Source: Opitutales bacterium
GTDB taxonomy: Bacteria; Verrucomicrobiota; Verrucomicrobiia; Opitutales; PNEW01
Direction: 5' to 3'
Assembly: GCA_965219535.1 (NCBI GenBank)
Contig: CBDCNV010000002.1
Location: 90,001 to 122,000, forward strand
DNA: 32,000 bases
Position 1 is the stretch's first letter; every line of letters starts with the position of its first letter. Made by a program: the position numbers and the translations under genes. The notes below the pieces were generated by a model. The model had not been told where the DNA came from and ran no database searches. It was given only the letters and a program-made list of their open reading frames with translations. Positions 8,537-17,074 of the stretch are shown one piece after another.

Positions 8537-9849
8537 CTAAGCAGAGGTACCCATCCGGTAATTGATATCGTAATTGATGATGAAATCGAGTTCTGCCTCA
8601 GTGAAGCCGTAATGCACGGCGAGCACAAGGTCTATATTGTCAATGATGGGCTTCGAGTATTTCGGATAATATTCGTCGTAGATAACCTCACGGTTGTTTT
8701 GTAACGCGTTTATTTGCGTTTCTTGTGTTGCTTGAAATCGACCATAAGCTGGCACTTCAGGTTTTCCAGTTCAGACTTCATGGCTACCAACATCCGGTCA
8801 AGCCCAAGCGGGAAGCTATTAACTTCGCGCATGTTCAGGTAACGGCAATCGGAGAGAATTAGAAACCACCAGTAAAAAATCGAGCTATTTAGTACCGCTA
8901 CAACCACGGACGCGTCTGCTTTGTTCGGTAACAAGAGTTTCTTGATCTGGGTTGAAATTTGTTCACCATTCCGCTCGTTCCAGAAATATGGCGCGAAATC
9001 CATCGCAAGGACCCAATACCAAGGCGCATTATGGAAAAAAACTGGCTTACATGTCCTATTGATGGTCAAATATTTCCCCAGCGGGTTGAAGTGCGTAATG
9101 CGCTTTATCACTGTTTTGACCGTAACATTGCCGATTTTGGGAGCTGCACCATCCATTAAATAGTTGGCAATTTCACTAAAGCTCAGTGAATCAAATAACT
9201 CTACTCTTACCTATGAGTACCAACGGTTATACGTTGTGGAATAGACGCAACAGTCTCTGCTCAACCCTGTTTGAGAGGTAAAGATTGTTACTTGTATATT
9301 CTCCAAGCCGTCGAAGAGTTTTGCGGGGCGATCATCGAAATTGGAAAACCAGATATGGTCACTCTCAACTAGGCATTTTCTCTGAAGAGGTTTCATTCTA
9401 TCGGTACAAACAATAGGGAGTTGGACAACCATTCCCGTATATCCGTTAACATGCAGGATGTCGTAGCATCGTTCAACTACATACCCATAGAGATTGCCGC
9501 AACTCTCGGTTTCGTAGTCAATGATTGTGTAGTTTTTTTGATTTTGCTATACTCCACATATGGCGGGTTTCCTATGATCACATCGAAGCCGCCACCACTT
9601 ATGATCCGATAGAACTCAACGAACCAATGAAACGGCTGGTGTGACTTTAGTCACTCAGCGTAAGCATTCTTCTTGGACGGGTCGATTTTGTACTCGCCCA
9701 CGAGATAGTGGTTTAATTCGTCGTCTAGTTTATAAAGACGTCGTCGAAGCTCCTTTTTGTCTTCGGTCGGTACAGAACCGCCCTCTTCGACCTGTCGTAT
9801 TCGGAAGGCGTCAAATAACTGTTGCAGATCGGTTGCTTTGATGGAGATC
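8537..9849 (-). pseudogene. type IIG/Eco57I-like N6-adenine DNA methyltransferase remnant (catalytic + target-recognition + C-terminal parts), 5'-truncated by IS3
   Basis: Own translation gives ...LYKLDDELNHYLVGEYKIDPSKKNAYAE*LKSHQPFHWFVEFYRIISGGGFDVIIGNPPYVEYSKIKK (NPPY motif IV). Lesions: in-frame TGA at 9651-9653; frameshift in the A7 tract (plus-strand T7, 9533-9539); in-frame TAG at 9211-9213; a further frameshift near 8710-8755. The C-terminal tail LAVHYGFTEAELDFIINYDINYRMG is typical of this family. The N-terminus ends at the IS3 boundary. Confidence 0.8.
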
Positions 9850-9857
9850 TGGTCGGG

Positions 9858-10815
9858 TTACACGAACTGGTCCACTGAGAGAGTTAGTCTGGAGAGGTTA
9901 ATGTTGAAGTTAAGTTGGTAGAGGAAGTCAAGACTTGGGCGCAATGAGGGCGTAGCCCGAATGGAGCCCGAGCCTTCGGTATTGAGGTTTTGAGCGAAAC
10001 GTTGTGGAGTAATATTGCCGAGGCTGCGGTGGGGTCGAACATGATTGTAAAGCCAGCGCCAATCTTCGATCACCACGCGGGCTTCGGTCAAAGTCCACAG
10101 TTGTTCACGATTTAGACACTCCTCGCGAAAACGTGCATGCAACGATTCGATGTATCCGTTCTGCCAAGGGCTTCCTGGTTCGATATAGAGGGTATTGATT
10201 TTCATCGCCGTTAGCCAGACTCTCAATTCACTTCCAATAAACTCCGATCCATTGTCGCTGCGAATATATTTTGGCGGCCCATGACGGTCGAGCAGTTTTT
10301 GCATGACCCCGCGCACCTTCTGCGCATTGATATGGCGATCGACATGGATCACCCGGCACTCGCGGGTGTACTCGTCAAGGACGGTGAGCATTTTGAGATT
10401 CCCACCGCGGACCGTCTTATCATGGATAAAGTCCCAGGTCCAAACATGGTCGGGATGTTCGGCCTTCGTCGGCAGCCCGGTGGAGACACCCCTGCGCCGG
10501 CGTCTTGGCTTGCGTGGGGGGATCGCCAGACCCAGTTCACGTCGCAGACCTTGCACGAGCCGTTTACCCACCTGCCAGCCTTCGTCCTTCAACAGCTTCG
10601 TGATCTTCGGATAGCCCCACCTCGCGTATTGCCGTGATAACCGCCTTACTGCCGCCTTCTGTTTCGTTAGCCAGGCATCAGGATACTTCGCCCGATACGC
10701 ATAGGTGGAGCGGTGCAGGTGAAAGTATCGGCACGCTCCACGTATCGAACACTGGCCCCGGGCCACAAGTCTCTCTGCCACTTGCCGCTTGTGCCCAGGG
10801 CTTACAGTTTTTTTT
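9858..10815 (-). CDS. IS3-family transposase OrfB (DDE integrase core), expressed as an OrfAB fusion by -1 frameshift
   Basis: The ORF track has 9858..10781 from an internal GTG. The -1 frame is open from the A8 run (KKTVSPGHKRQVAERLVARG...). DDE/rve motifs: WTWDFIH, YIRSDNGSEFIG, PGSPWQNGYIESLHARFREECL, YNHVRPHRSLG. Confidence 0.85.
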
Positions 10816-11068
10816 CGAGCGTCTCCTGCAGAATCTCTATCCCCAGCAGCTTGTCCGCCAGCATCCGCTTTAATCGCGCGTTCTCCTTCTCGAGTTCCTT
10901 CATCCGCTTGGCCTGGTTGACATCAATCATCCCAAGCTCACGTTTCCAGCGGTGGAAGGTCTGTTCGCTTATGTTGTTCTCGCGGCATACTTCCAGGATC
11001 GTTTTTCCTTTGTCTGCCTGCCGCAGCATCCGTATCTTCTCTTCGGTTGTATATCTTTTGCCTTTCAT
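10802..11068 (-). CDS. IS3-family transposase OrfA (HTH)
   Basis: ORF track: MKGKRYTTEEKIRMLRQADKGKTILEVCRENNISEQTFHRWKRELG..., with a leucine-zipper-like tail. It ends GAA AAA AAA CTG TAA at the slippery run. Confidence 0.85.
   Translation of the reverse strand: MKGKRYTTEEKIRMLRQADKGKTILEVCRENNISEQTFHRWKRELGMIDVNQAKRMKELEKENARLKRMLADKLLGIEILQETLEKKL
10808..10815 (-). promoter_or_regulatory. programmed -1 ribosomal frameshift site (A8 slippery run) between IS3 orfA and orfB
   Basis: The minus strand reads G AAA AAA AAC TGT AA. The orfA stop is 4 nt downstream. The orfB frame is -1 relative to orfA and open through the run. Confidence 0.7.
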
Positions 11069-11135
11069 TGTCTGAGTCCTTTCTAGGTGTCCCAGACTAA
11101 CTTTTCAAGTGGACCAGTTTTCGTGGTCACGACCA

Positions 11136-11374
11136 ATATTAACCGCTTCCACCTCCGGATTGGCTATCACCTCTTTCCAATCGGTCACCCAATTCTCAAA
11201 ACCTAAATATTCCTTCGCTTCTTTTGCCCGCGTTTCAATATTATCAGAGCAGACTATCAGGCGGGGGGTAATACCGCTTTCACGAAAACGATCGGGAACT
11301 TGCTTGTAACTCCGGCTATGCACCTGCCCCATCCAGCCCATACCAATAACACCAATACCAATAGTCTTTGCCAT
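11136..11374 (-). pseudogene. N-terminal fragment (approx. 80 aa) of a Gfo/Idh/MocA-family NAD(P)-dependent oxidoreductase, truncated by the IS3 end
   Basis: [26 protein letters not shown]...[11 protein letters not shown] is the Rossmann N-terminus of the family. The ORF-track tail GRDHENWST* is read-through into the IS3 inverted repeat. The remainder of the gene is not on the other side of the IS. Confidence 0.75.
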
Positions 11375-11454
11375 AGTTATTAAGGTGAATATTTTATATC
11401 CAAGTTCTAATATTATTAGACATTCATAAATTTAATATATAAGACAACTCAATT

Positions 11455-11732
11455 ATGAGCGGGGAAGTAAAACAAATTTCATACGACGATGTTCCATTTC
11501 TTATTAATTCATATCCGTTAACACATCCGAATAGACTGGCAGTGATTGGAATGTTGTTTGGGATGAGTACAACACAAGTTGATCGTTGTCGGGTGCTGGA
11601 ATTAGGCTGTGCTCAGGGAGGAAATCTGATCCCGATGGCTTTCAACTTTCCTCATAGTGAATTTGTCGGAATTGATTATTCTTCAAAGCAAATTGAATCA
11701 GGACAAAAAATTATTGATTCGGTAAAAATTAA
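11455..11732 (+). pseudogene. 5' part of a class I SAM-dependent methyltransferase (with C-terminal 'methyltransferase regulatory' region), interrupted by an IS1595-family element
   Basis: YDDVPFLINSYPLTHPNRLAVIGMLFG...VLELGCAQGGNLIPMA (SAM motif I)...VGIDYS. The reading frame rejoins 12476 exactly when the IS and one TSD copy are removed (..SVKIK|NITLKQGDVLEF..). Confidence 0.8.
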
Positions 11733-12467
11733 GGGTCATGCCTAGAACAGAGGGTATCTTAAGCACATATTAAGGATGTTACGATGGAGGTTTTGATGAC
11801 GATGGTTAAAGCGATATTCAGTTTCTTTGAGGTGCAGTTGGAAGGTCCTACGAGAAAGACCTTTGAACTTAGCCAATCGAAGTTTAGCAAAAGCCCAAAA
11901 AGATTCAATCCCGTTAATGTGGGAGTGTCCCTGGGCAAACTCGTTGTCGTTGTGATTGACACGGTAATGCTTCTTATAGCCCAGATCCACGAGGCCGTTG
12001 TAAGCACGCCACCCGTCAGAATAAAGCACACTGTCAAAAGTAACTCTCCCTTGGATCACCGCATGCAGAGCGGCTCTGGAGACGTTGCGTACAACCTGGG
12101 TATAGACTTTCCCATTACGCTTGAGCAACCCGAAGACGGGCACTTTCTTGAATGCACCCCGACCTCTTTGCCCTGGAATTCTTTTGCCTCCAAAGTAGGA
12201 CTCATCCATTTCCACCGACCCCCTAAAAGGCGAGGCCTGCGCACATTGCTGCAACAAACGCTCCCGCAACAAGCGCAAATAACGGTTGACCGTGTTACGA
12301 TTCAATCCTGTCAATTGGGCTATCTTCAACGCTTCCATATCCAAGCTAAAACACTTTACTAACTGCCGAAATTTGGCCTCAGAAATTTTTGAACGATGTA
12401 CATACTTATTTCTCATTTGTCTAGAATAGCTTACACATCTGATATGTGTCTATTCTAGGCATGACCC
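11733..12467 (-). mobile_element. IS1595-family insertion sequence, 735 bp, with perfect 8-bp target-site duplication
   Basis: The terminal inverted repeats are GGGTCATGCCTAGAA (11733-11747) and TTCTAGGCATGACCC (12453-12467). The direct repeat AAAATTAA flanks both ends (11725-11732 and 12468-12475). There is a single transposase ORF inside. Confidence 0.9.
11742..12416 (-). CDS. IS1595-family (ISXO2-like DDE) transposase, 224 aa
   Basis: ORF track: VEMDESYFGGKR..GQRGRGAFKKVPVFGLLKRNGKVYT...LYSDGWRAYNGL...HYRVNHNDNEF...HINGIESFWAFAKLRL...ETEYRFNHR. The stop lies inside the left IR. Confidence 0.9.
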   Translation of the reverse strand: MRNKYVHRSKISEAKFRQLVKCFSLDMEALKIAQLTGLNRNTVNRYLRLLRERLLQQCAQASPFRGSVEMDESYFGGKRIPGQRGRGAFKKVPVFGLLKRNGKVYTQVVRNVSRAALHAVIQGRVTFDSVLYSDGWRAYNGLVDLGYKKHYRVNHNDNEFAQGHSHINGIESFWAFAKLRLAKFKGLSRRTFQLHLKETEYRFNHRHQNLHRNILNMCLRYPLF

Positions 12468-12475
12468 AAAATTAA

Positions 12476-13781
12476 AAATATCACTTTGAAGCAAGGGGAC
12501 GTTCTTGAATTTGGTGAGAATGAAGAGAAGTTTGATTACATTATAGCTAAAGGAATATTTTCATGGGTATCTAGAGACGTCCAAGACAAGATTTTAAAAA
12601 TCTGTAGAGATCACCTGAATCCTCAAGGCATCGCTTATATTAATTATAATACCTATCCGGGGTGGAGGGTATTAGGTATGTTCAGGGACATGATGAAGTA
12701 TCACACCTCTAAAATGAGCGATCCGGAAACGATCGCTAATCAGTCCCGTGCGCTCATGGCCTTATTAAGTATGGGAGCTGAATCGGACAAAAGACCCTAT
12801 GGGGAGTTTTTAAAATCAGAATTCGAGAAAATAAAAAAATATCCTAATGATCATATTATTCGAATATACCATGAAGGCATTAATGAACCTTGTTATTTTC
12901 ATGAATTCTCAAGAAGAGCGGATGATTTCGGTTTACAGTATTTAGGTGAAGCAGAATTTCATGAAATGCTATCCAGTGATTTTACCCCGAAGGTTAGAGA
13001 GACGCTTAACAAATTAACTAATGATTTAACTGCCAGAGAACAGTATATGGATTTTTTGAGAAATTCGACACAACGCCAAACGCTGCTCTGTCATAAAAAT
13101 ATAAAATTAAACAGAGCTATCAACATTGATATAATTAATAGTTTTTATATAACGCGGTCGACAATTTTGAAACCTGAATCGGATAAGCTTAAATTAGAAG
13201 AGGAAAAAGATTATACATATACGGGAAGAAATAATATAAAAGTGACATGCAGGAGTCTATTGGAGAAAACTTATTTTAAGCGTTTAAATGATTTAGCGCC
13301 CCAGGCTATTATGCATAAAGATGCTTTTGAATATACTCAAAAGGATATTTATGAAAATACAGGGAAAAAAATATCGGATAATGAGAGAGTAAAATTAAGC
13401 AGGTTTCTATTAAACTGCTATGCGAATGGAATAATTAAATTAAATTCGAGCACAACTAAGGTGGTTAATAAAGTAAGTGAGTTTCCAATGACATCAGAGC
13501 TGGCGCGCTATCAAGCGCGAGCGAGCTTGAAGATTACAAATCAGAATCATACATCTTTGTCCATTGATTTACTCCTTCAACAGATGATTCAATTACTCGA
13601 TGGGGAAAATAATTTGAAGACAATAAAAGATAAGTTATTGATATTGGCTGATTCAGGTGAACTGATATTTAATAAGGATAATGAAATTGTCAGTGATAGG
13701 GTAATGATCGAAAAAATAATCGATGAAAAATTAGAGACGAATTTAAACCTACTATTAAAACTCTCGTATTTAATAGGGTGA
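12476..13781 (+). pseudogene. 3' part of the IS-interrupted SAM-dependent methyltransferase (methyltransferase regulatory-domain region)
   Basis: Continuation of 11455..11732: FDYIIAKGIFSWVSRDVQDKILKICRDHLNPQGIAYINYNTYPGWRV... The ORF track starts it at TTG 12486, which is in frame with the upstream half. Confidence 0.8.
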
Positions 13782-13887
13782 AATTTTCGATGCAGTAAAG
13801 TCAAAGTCGCGGGGGTAGCGACGCTATCTTAGTTAGCAAATATGTTAGGTTTTTGCGCAACCTGAAAGGATACCGGAGGGATTCACG

Positions 13888-14625
13888 CTAATCAAACACG
13901 GGTAATTGTGTCGATACGGTTGCGGTATAGCGTTTGAAAGCTTCAGTGTATTTTATGGGTTGTCCTTTCCACTGAGTCGCCTGAGCACCTCGGTACTCAG
14001 CCCACTGGGTGTACCAGGTGGGGAGTTTAGCTTGTGACCGCAACGCTTTTAAAGCAGTGATTTTCTTTTCAAACACGGCGCTTATATCGACGTAAGTATC
14101 GGGATTAAAACCGGTGATATCATTGCGCGTTATAGTGGGCTCATAAAAAAAAATATGAGGAAAAGGGAGCGGTTCACATGAATCGTGGTCGAACCCCGGA
14201 GTTGCGGCGATGGATGATGCGCGAATCACTGCCGACGTGGTAGCTTCGTGATCAACATTTAAAGGATCAGATTTCCAATGGGTTAGGATAATTGACGGAC
14301 GTTGTTTCCGAATAAGACGAGCCAGGGTATCCAGTTGTTCCCGATTGATGAATAACGGGTAATCCCCGTAATCCATAAACTCGATGCTTGCACCAATAAC
14401 AGCCGCCGCTTCTTCAGCTTCAACCCCCCGTATATTCTTTGCCTCCTCTATCGACTTGCTCCCCTGCTCTTTCCAGTAATCTTCGGATTCACCACGCTCG
14501 CCGAAAGTCAGGTCGACTATATGTACCTTATCCTGCTGGTCGGTACTAAGGGCAATTGTCCCTCCGCTGCGCGAACAAAAATCAGCGGCATGAGCGCTGA
14601 AGACAAGGATTTTGCGCTGAGCCAC
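13888..14625 (-). CDS. PIG-L/LmbE-family deacetylase/hydrolase
   Basis: ORF track: ILVFSAHAADFCSRSGGTIA...HIVDLTFGERGES...ILTHWKSDPLNVDHEAT, the LmbE-like fold pattern. It lies 6 nt downstream of the dehydrogenase gene. Confidence 0.75.
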   Translation of the reverse strand: MAQRKILVFSAHAADFCSRSGGTIALSTDQQDKVHIVDLTFGERGESEDYWKEQGSKSIEEAKNIRGVEAEEAAAVIGASIEFMDYGDYPLFINREQLDTLARLIRKQRPSIILTHWKSDPLNVDHEATTSAVIRASSIAATPGFDHDSCEPLPFPHIFFYEPTITRNDITGFNPDTYVDISAVFEKKITALKALRSQAKLPTWYTQWAEYRGAQATQWKGQPIKYTEAFKRYTATVSTQLPVFD

Positions 14626-14631
14626 AGTTAA

Positions 14632-15633
14632 TTAAGTCAGTTTCATACGGGGCTTTACGTCATGATTGACGTAGGAGCGCGGCCAGTGACCTTGTGAGAA
14701 AGCAATTGCTGCATCCAGACTGTAACGCCAGAAATTTTCATGGGACACACTGGAACCACCGGCATTATGCGGGGTCAGCACGACATTTTCCATTTTTAAT
14801 AAAGGATTATCCGGAGGGGGGGGTTCTTCATCCAGCACATCCAAACCGGCAGCATCAAACCAACCTTCTTCCAAGGCTTTAATAAGAGCGCCCTCATCAA
14901 TGATCTTCCCCCGTGCGGTGTTAATAAGAATCGCCGAGGGTTTCATCAAACGCAACTCGCGTTCGCCAATAAGGTGAAAAGTTTCTGGTGTCCAGGGACA
15001 GTGGATTGAGACGAAATCAGATTGTGCCATGACTTCATCCAGACTTTTCGCTTTTGCCACCACCGCTTCAATCACCTCAGAACTGACATATTTATCATAG
15101 ACGATAAAATTCATTTCAAACCCGCTAAGTTTTCGGATGACGTTACGCGCTATGTTTCCAAATCCGATTAGACCCAGGGTCTGTCCGCGCATCTGGCAGC
15201 GAGGCCTACCAGAATCGAGTTTCCAGACACCATTATGAATAGCGCGGTCTTGAAAGGAAATTTGACGTACCACATCGAGTAACAATCCGACCGTGTGATC
15301 AGAAACTTCCTCTCTTGTCGCTTCTGGAGTGTGAGCGACAACTATTCCCAATTTTGTCGCCTCTTCAACAGGTATATTATCTGTCCCGCTCCCCGCGCGT
15401 ACGATCGCCCCACAATGTTTCAGGTCTTTGATGCTGTCTTCGGTTACTACTTTGCTCCCACCGTGGACCCAGACTAAATCCGCGTCACTGGCAAAGCCCG
15501 ATAATTCATCTCTAGTCGTGCATTCCTGGTAAGCCCAATCGAGATTATTTTCATTTAGTCCCGCTTGTATCCACTCAGGTATTTCTCCTAAAGTTTCACT
15601 TACCGCAACAATAGCTACTTTGAATCGATCCAT
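14632..15633 (-). CDS. D-isomer-specific 2-hydroxyacid dehydrogenase family protein (NAD-binding)
   Basis: ORF track: GQTLGLIGFGNIARNVIRKL (GxGxxG), DFVSIHCPWTPETFHLIG, ILINTARGKIIDEGAL, LDVLDEEP, VVLTPHNAG. Confidence 0.85.
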   Translation of the reverse strand: MDRFKVAIVAVSETLGEIPEWIQAGLNENNLDWAYQECTTRDELSGFASDADLVWVHGGSKVVTEDSIKDLKHCGAIVRAGSGTDNIPVEEATKLGIVVAHTPEATREEVSDHTVGLLLDVVRQISFQDRAIHNGVWKLDSGRPRCQMRGQTLGLIGFGNIARNVIRKLSGFEMNFIVYDKYVSSEVIEAVVAKAKSLDEVMAQSDFVSIHCPWTPETFHLIGERELRLMKPSAILINTARGKIIDEGALIKALEEGWFDAAGLDVLDEEPPPPDNPLLKMENVVLTPHNAGGSSVSHENFWRYSLDAAIAFSQGHWPRSYVNHDVKPRMKLT

Positions 15634-15738
15634 CTAATTTTTGTAGGGGTTATGGTGAGGGATGTCTAGGTTTTAAAGGTTAAAAGGTATGCAAGATACA
15701 ACATATCTCATTTGTAAATATTTTGCATCGCGACAGCT

Positions 15739-15798
15739 GGTGGAACGCGCTGCCTGCCCGCCATAGCCTTGGCGACGGTTGGTCCCTAGCGCGTTTTT
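15739..15798 (+). repeat. long hairpin repeat 'A' (GGTGGAACGCG...CGCGTTTTT), copy 1
   Basis: ggtggaacgcgctgcctgcccgccatagccttggcgacggttggtccctagcgcgttttt. The outer stem is AACGCGCT/AGCGCGTT. It recurs inverted at 30254-30317 with 2 mismatches and 1 indel. Confidence 0.8.
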
Positions 15799-15928
15799 AT
15801 ATTACTATTGACAGGGATTAAGAAGCGGGTGAGCTCATGTCGTCAATAGCTGAATGCGAAGAATGAACCGTCATAGTCCAATAGGCGTCGGCTGTTCATT
15901 AACAGGTGTCTATTTATTAATTATTTTA

Positions 15929-15955
15929 AACGCGGTAGGGACACCGCGTTCCACC
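15929..15955 (-). terminator. short hairpin repeat 'B' abutting the aldolase stop codon; probable intrinsic terminator
   Basis: The minus strand reads GGTGGAACGCGGTgtccctACCGCGTT followed by TAAAATAATTAAT. The stem is a perfect 8 bp (AACGCGGT/ACCGCGTT) with a 6-nt loop. It starts 1 nt after stop 15956-15958. It recurs at 30214-30240. Confidence 0.55.
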
Positions 15956-16744
15956 TTATTGCCTACTCTTACCTTGCACGTATTCGCGAATGGGGTGCGC
16001 AAATTCTTCAGCTGTTTTTAGCATGAACATAAAATCGAGCCCTATCGTCAACCAGTGGACACCTCGATCAATGTGTGCAATCAATGTCTCGGGGGTCCCA
16101 CCACCGGCGAGGCTGAAACTCACACCGGCTTTTTTTGCTTTGCTCACATAAGTATCGATCGCCTTTACCACGTCGGGATGGTCGGGATTACCCATATGCC
16201 CCATCGAACCGGCGAGGTCCTGCTGACCCATGAGAAAACTTGTGATACCGGGGACTGCGAATATCTCGTCCAGGTTATTGATGGCATTGATATGTTCAAT
16301 TTGAATAATGATAATCATTGCGTCGTTAGCTTCTTCGCAAAACTCCGTTCCACCCCGTTGTCCGTAATTGCCTGTTCTTCGTGGGCCATAACCACGCTGG
16401 CCATCAGGGGGGTAAAGGCAGGCTGCCACTGCCTGGCGCGCTTCTTCCGCTGATTTAACCATGGGAATAATTACACCATCGGCACCGATATCCAGTACCG
16501 GTTTGATCAGCACAGGGTCATTCCAGCGCACCCGAACCAAGGCTGCAGTATCGCACCCTTTGGTCGCCATTATATGCGCCTGGACGGTTTCTAGAGTGTA
16601 CCCATTATGTTCCATATCGATCCAGACAAAGTCGCATACATTACACAGGGCTTCAGTGACCGTGGAATCGGTAAAAGTAACTGTGACGCCAAGAGGAACA
16701 TTACCCGCGCGCATCATCTCTTTAAACTTTTTCGCGTTGTTCAT
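15956..16744 (-). CDS. HpcH/HpaI-family aldolase (2-keto-3-deoxy-acid aldolase type)
   Basis: ORF track: DFVWIDMEHNGYTLETV, AALVRVRWNDPVLIKPVLDIGADGVIIPMVKSAEEARQAV, YPPDGQRGYGP, IIQIEHINAINNLDEI. Confidence 0.85.
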   Translation of the reverse strand: MNNAKKFKEMMRAGNVPLGVTVTFTDSTVTEALCNVCDFVWIDMEHNGYTLETVQAHIMATKGCDTAALVRVRWNDPVLIKPVLDIGADGVIIPMVKSAEEARQAVAACLYPPDGQRGYGPRRTGNYGQRGGTEFCEEANDAMIIIIQIEHINAINNLDEIFAVPGITSFLMGQQDLAGSMGHMGNPDHPDVVKAIDTYVSKAKKAGVSFSLAGGGTPETLIAHIDRGVHWLTIGLDFMFMLKTAEEFAHPIREYVQGKSRQ

Positions 16745-16802
16745 TTAAATTTTCGGGATGGCAGATTGATACAGGATGCACGATCCATGATGCAAGATAT
16801 TT

Positions 16803-16845
16803 ACAGGATACAGGATTTGGATTGTGGATTGAAGATTTAGAGGAT
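16803..16845. repeat. imperfect tandem 6-7-bp GGAT-core repeats upstream of the aldolase operon
   Basis: acaggat acaggat ttggat tgtggat tgaagat ttagaggat, read directly from the sequence. Confidence 0.7.
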
Positions 16846-17031
16846 GTGTATAATCACATGCGGTACGGTTGTCGATTGATTCCCCTTGTCATCGCGAGGT
16901 TGCTCGTCAACCGTGGCGATCCAGGGGATTATCGGACGCGTATTAACAGACCCCTGGAATGGAAGATGTCGCTGCGCTCGGTAGCCACGTCGCGTTGCGC
17001 CTCGCAATGACAAAAGAGAAATCAAAAGGAA

Positions 17032-17066
17032 TCAATCGAAAATCGCAAATCGGCAATCGAAAATCG
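17032..17066. repeat. heptamer tandem repeat (NNAATCG x5) just downstream of the LuxR-type gene stop
   Basis: tcAATCG aaAATCG caAATCG gcAATCG aaAATCG. AATCGAAAATCGC occurs twice (17034-17046 and 17055-17067). Confidence 0.75.
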
Positions 17067-17074
17067 CCTCCCCT

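Larger units (their letters stand above)
9850..11135 (-). mobile_element. IS3-family insertion sequence (orfA/orfB with -1 frameshift), apparently intact; no target-site duplication
   Basis: The termini are TG...CA with imperfect inverted repeats: left TGGTCGGGTTACACGAACTGGTCCACTGAGAGAGTTAGTCTGG, and right (reverse complement) TGGTCGTGACCACGAAAACTGGTCCACTTGAAAAGTTAGTCTGG. The exact outer ends are uncertain by about 10 bp; alternative ends are 9861/11125. The flanking 3-4 nt differ on the two sides. Confidence 0.85.

Noticed and set aside
8401-8628. 75-aa minus-strand ORF between the ISAs1 remnant and the methyltransferase tail
   Set aside because: It overlaps the real methyltransferase C-terminal frame (8537..8755) out of frame and the ISAs1 remnant antisense. 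It has no recognisable similarity.
7798-9653. Possibility that in-frame TGA codons (7798-7800, 9651-9653) mean TGA=Trp recoding (alternative genetic code)
   Set aside because: Intact genes in the same window terminate with TGA at sensible ends (e.g. the LuxR-type gene at 17075-17077, GAF-HlyD at 25629-25631, the IS-truncated ORF at 11105). Trp is encoded by TGG throughout. The affected genes also carry TAG/TAA stops and frameshifts. Ordinary pseudogene decay explains it.
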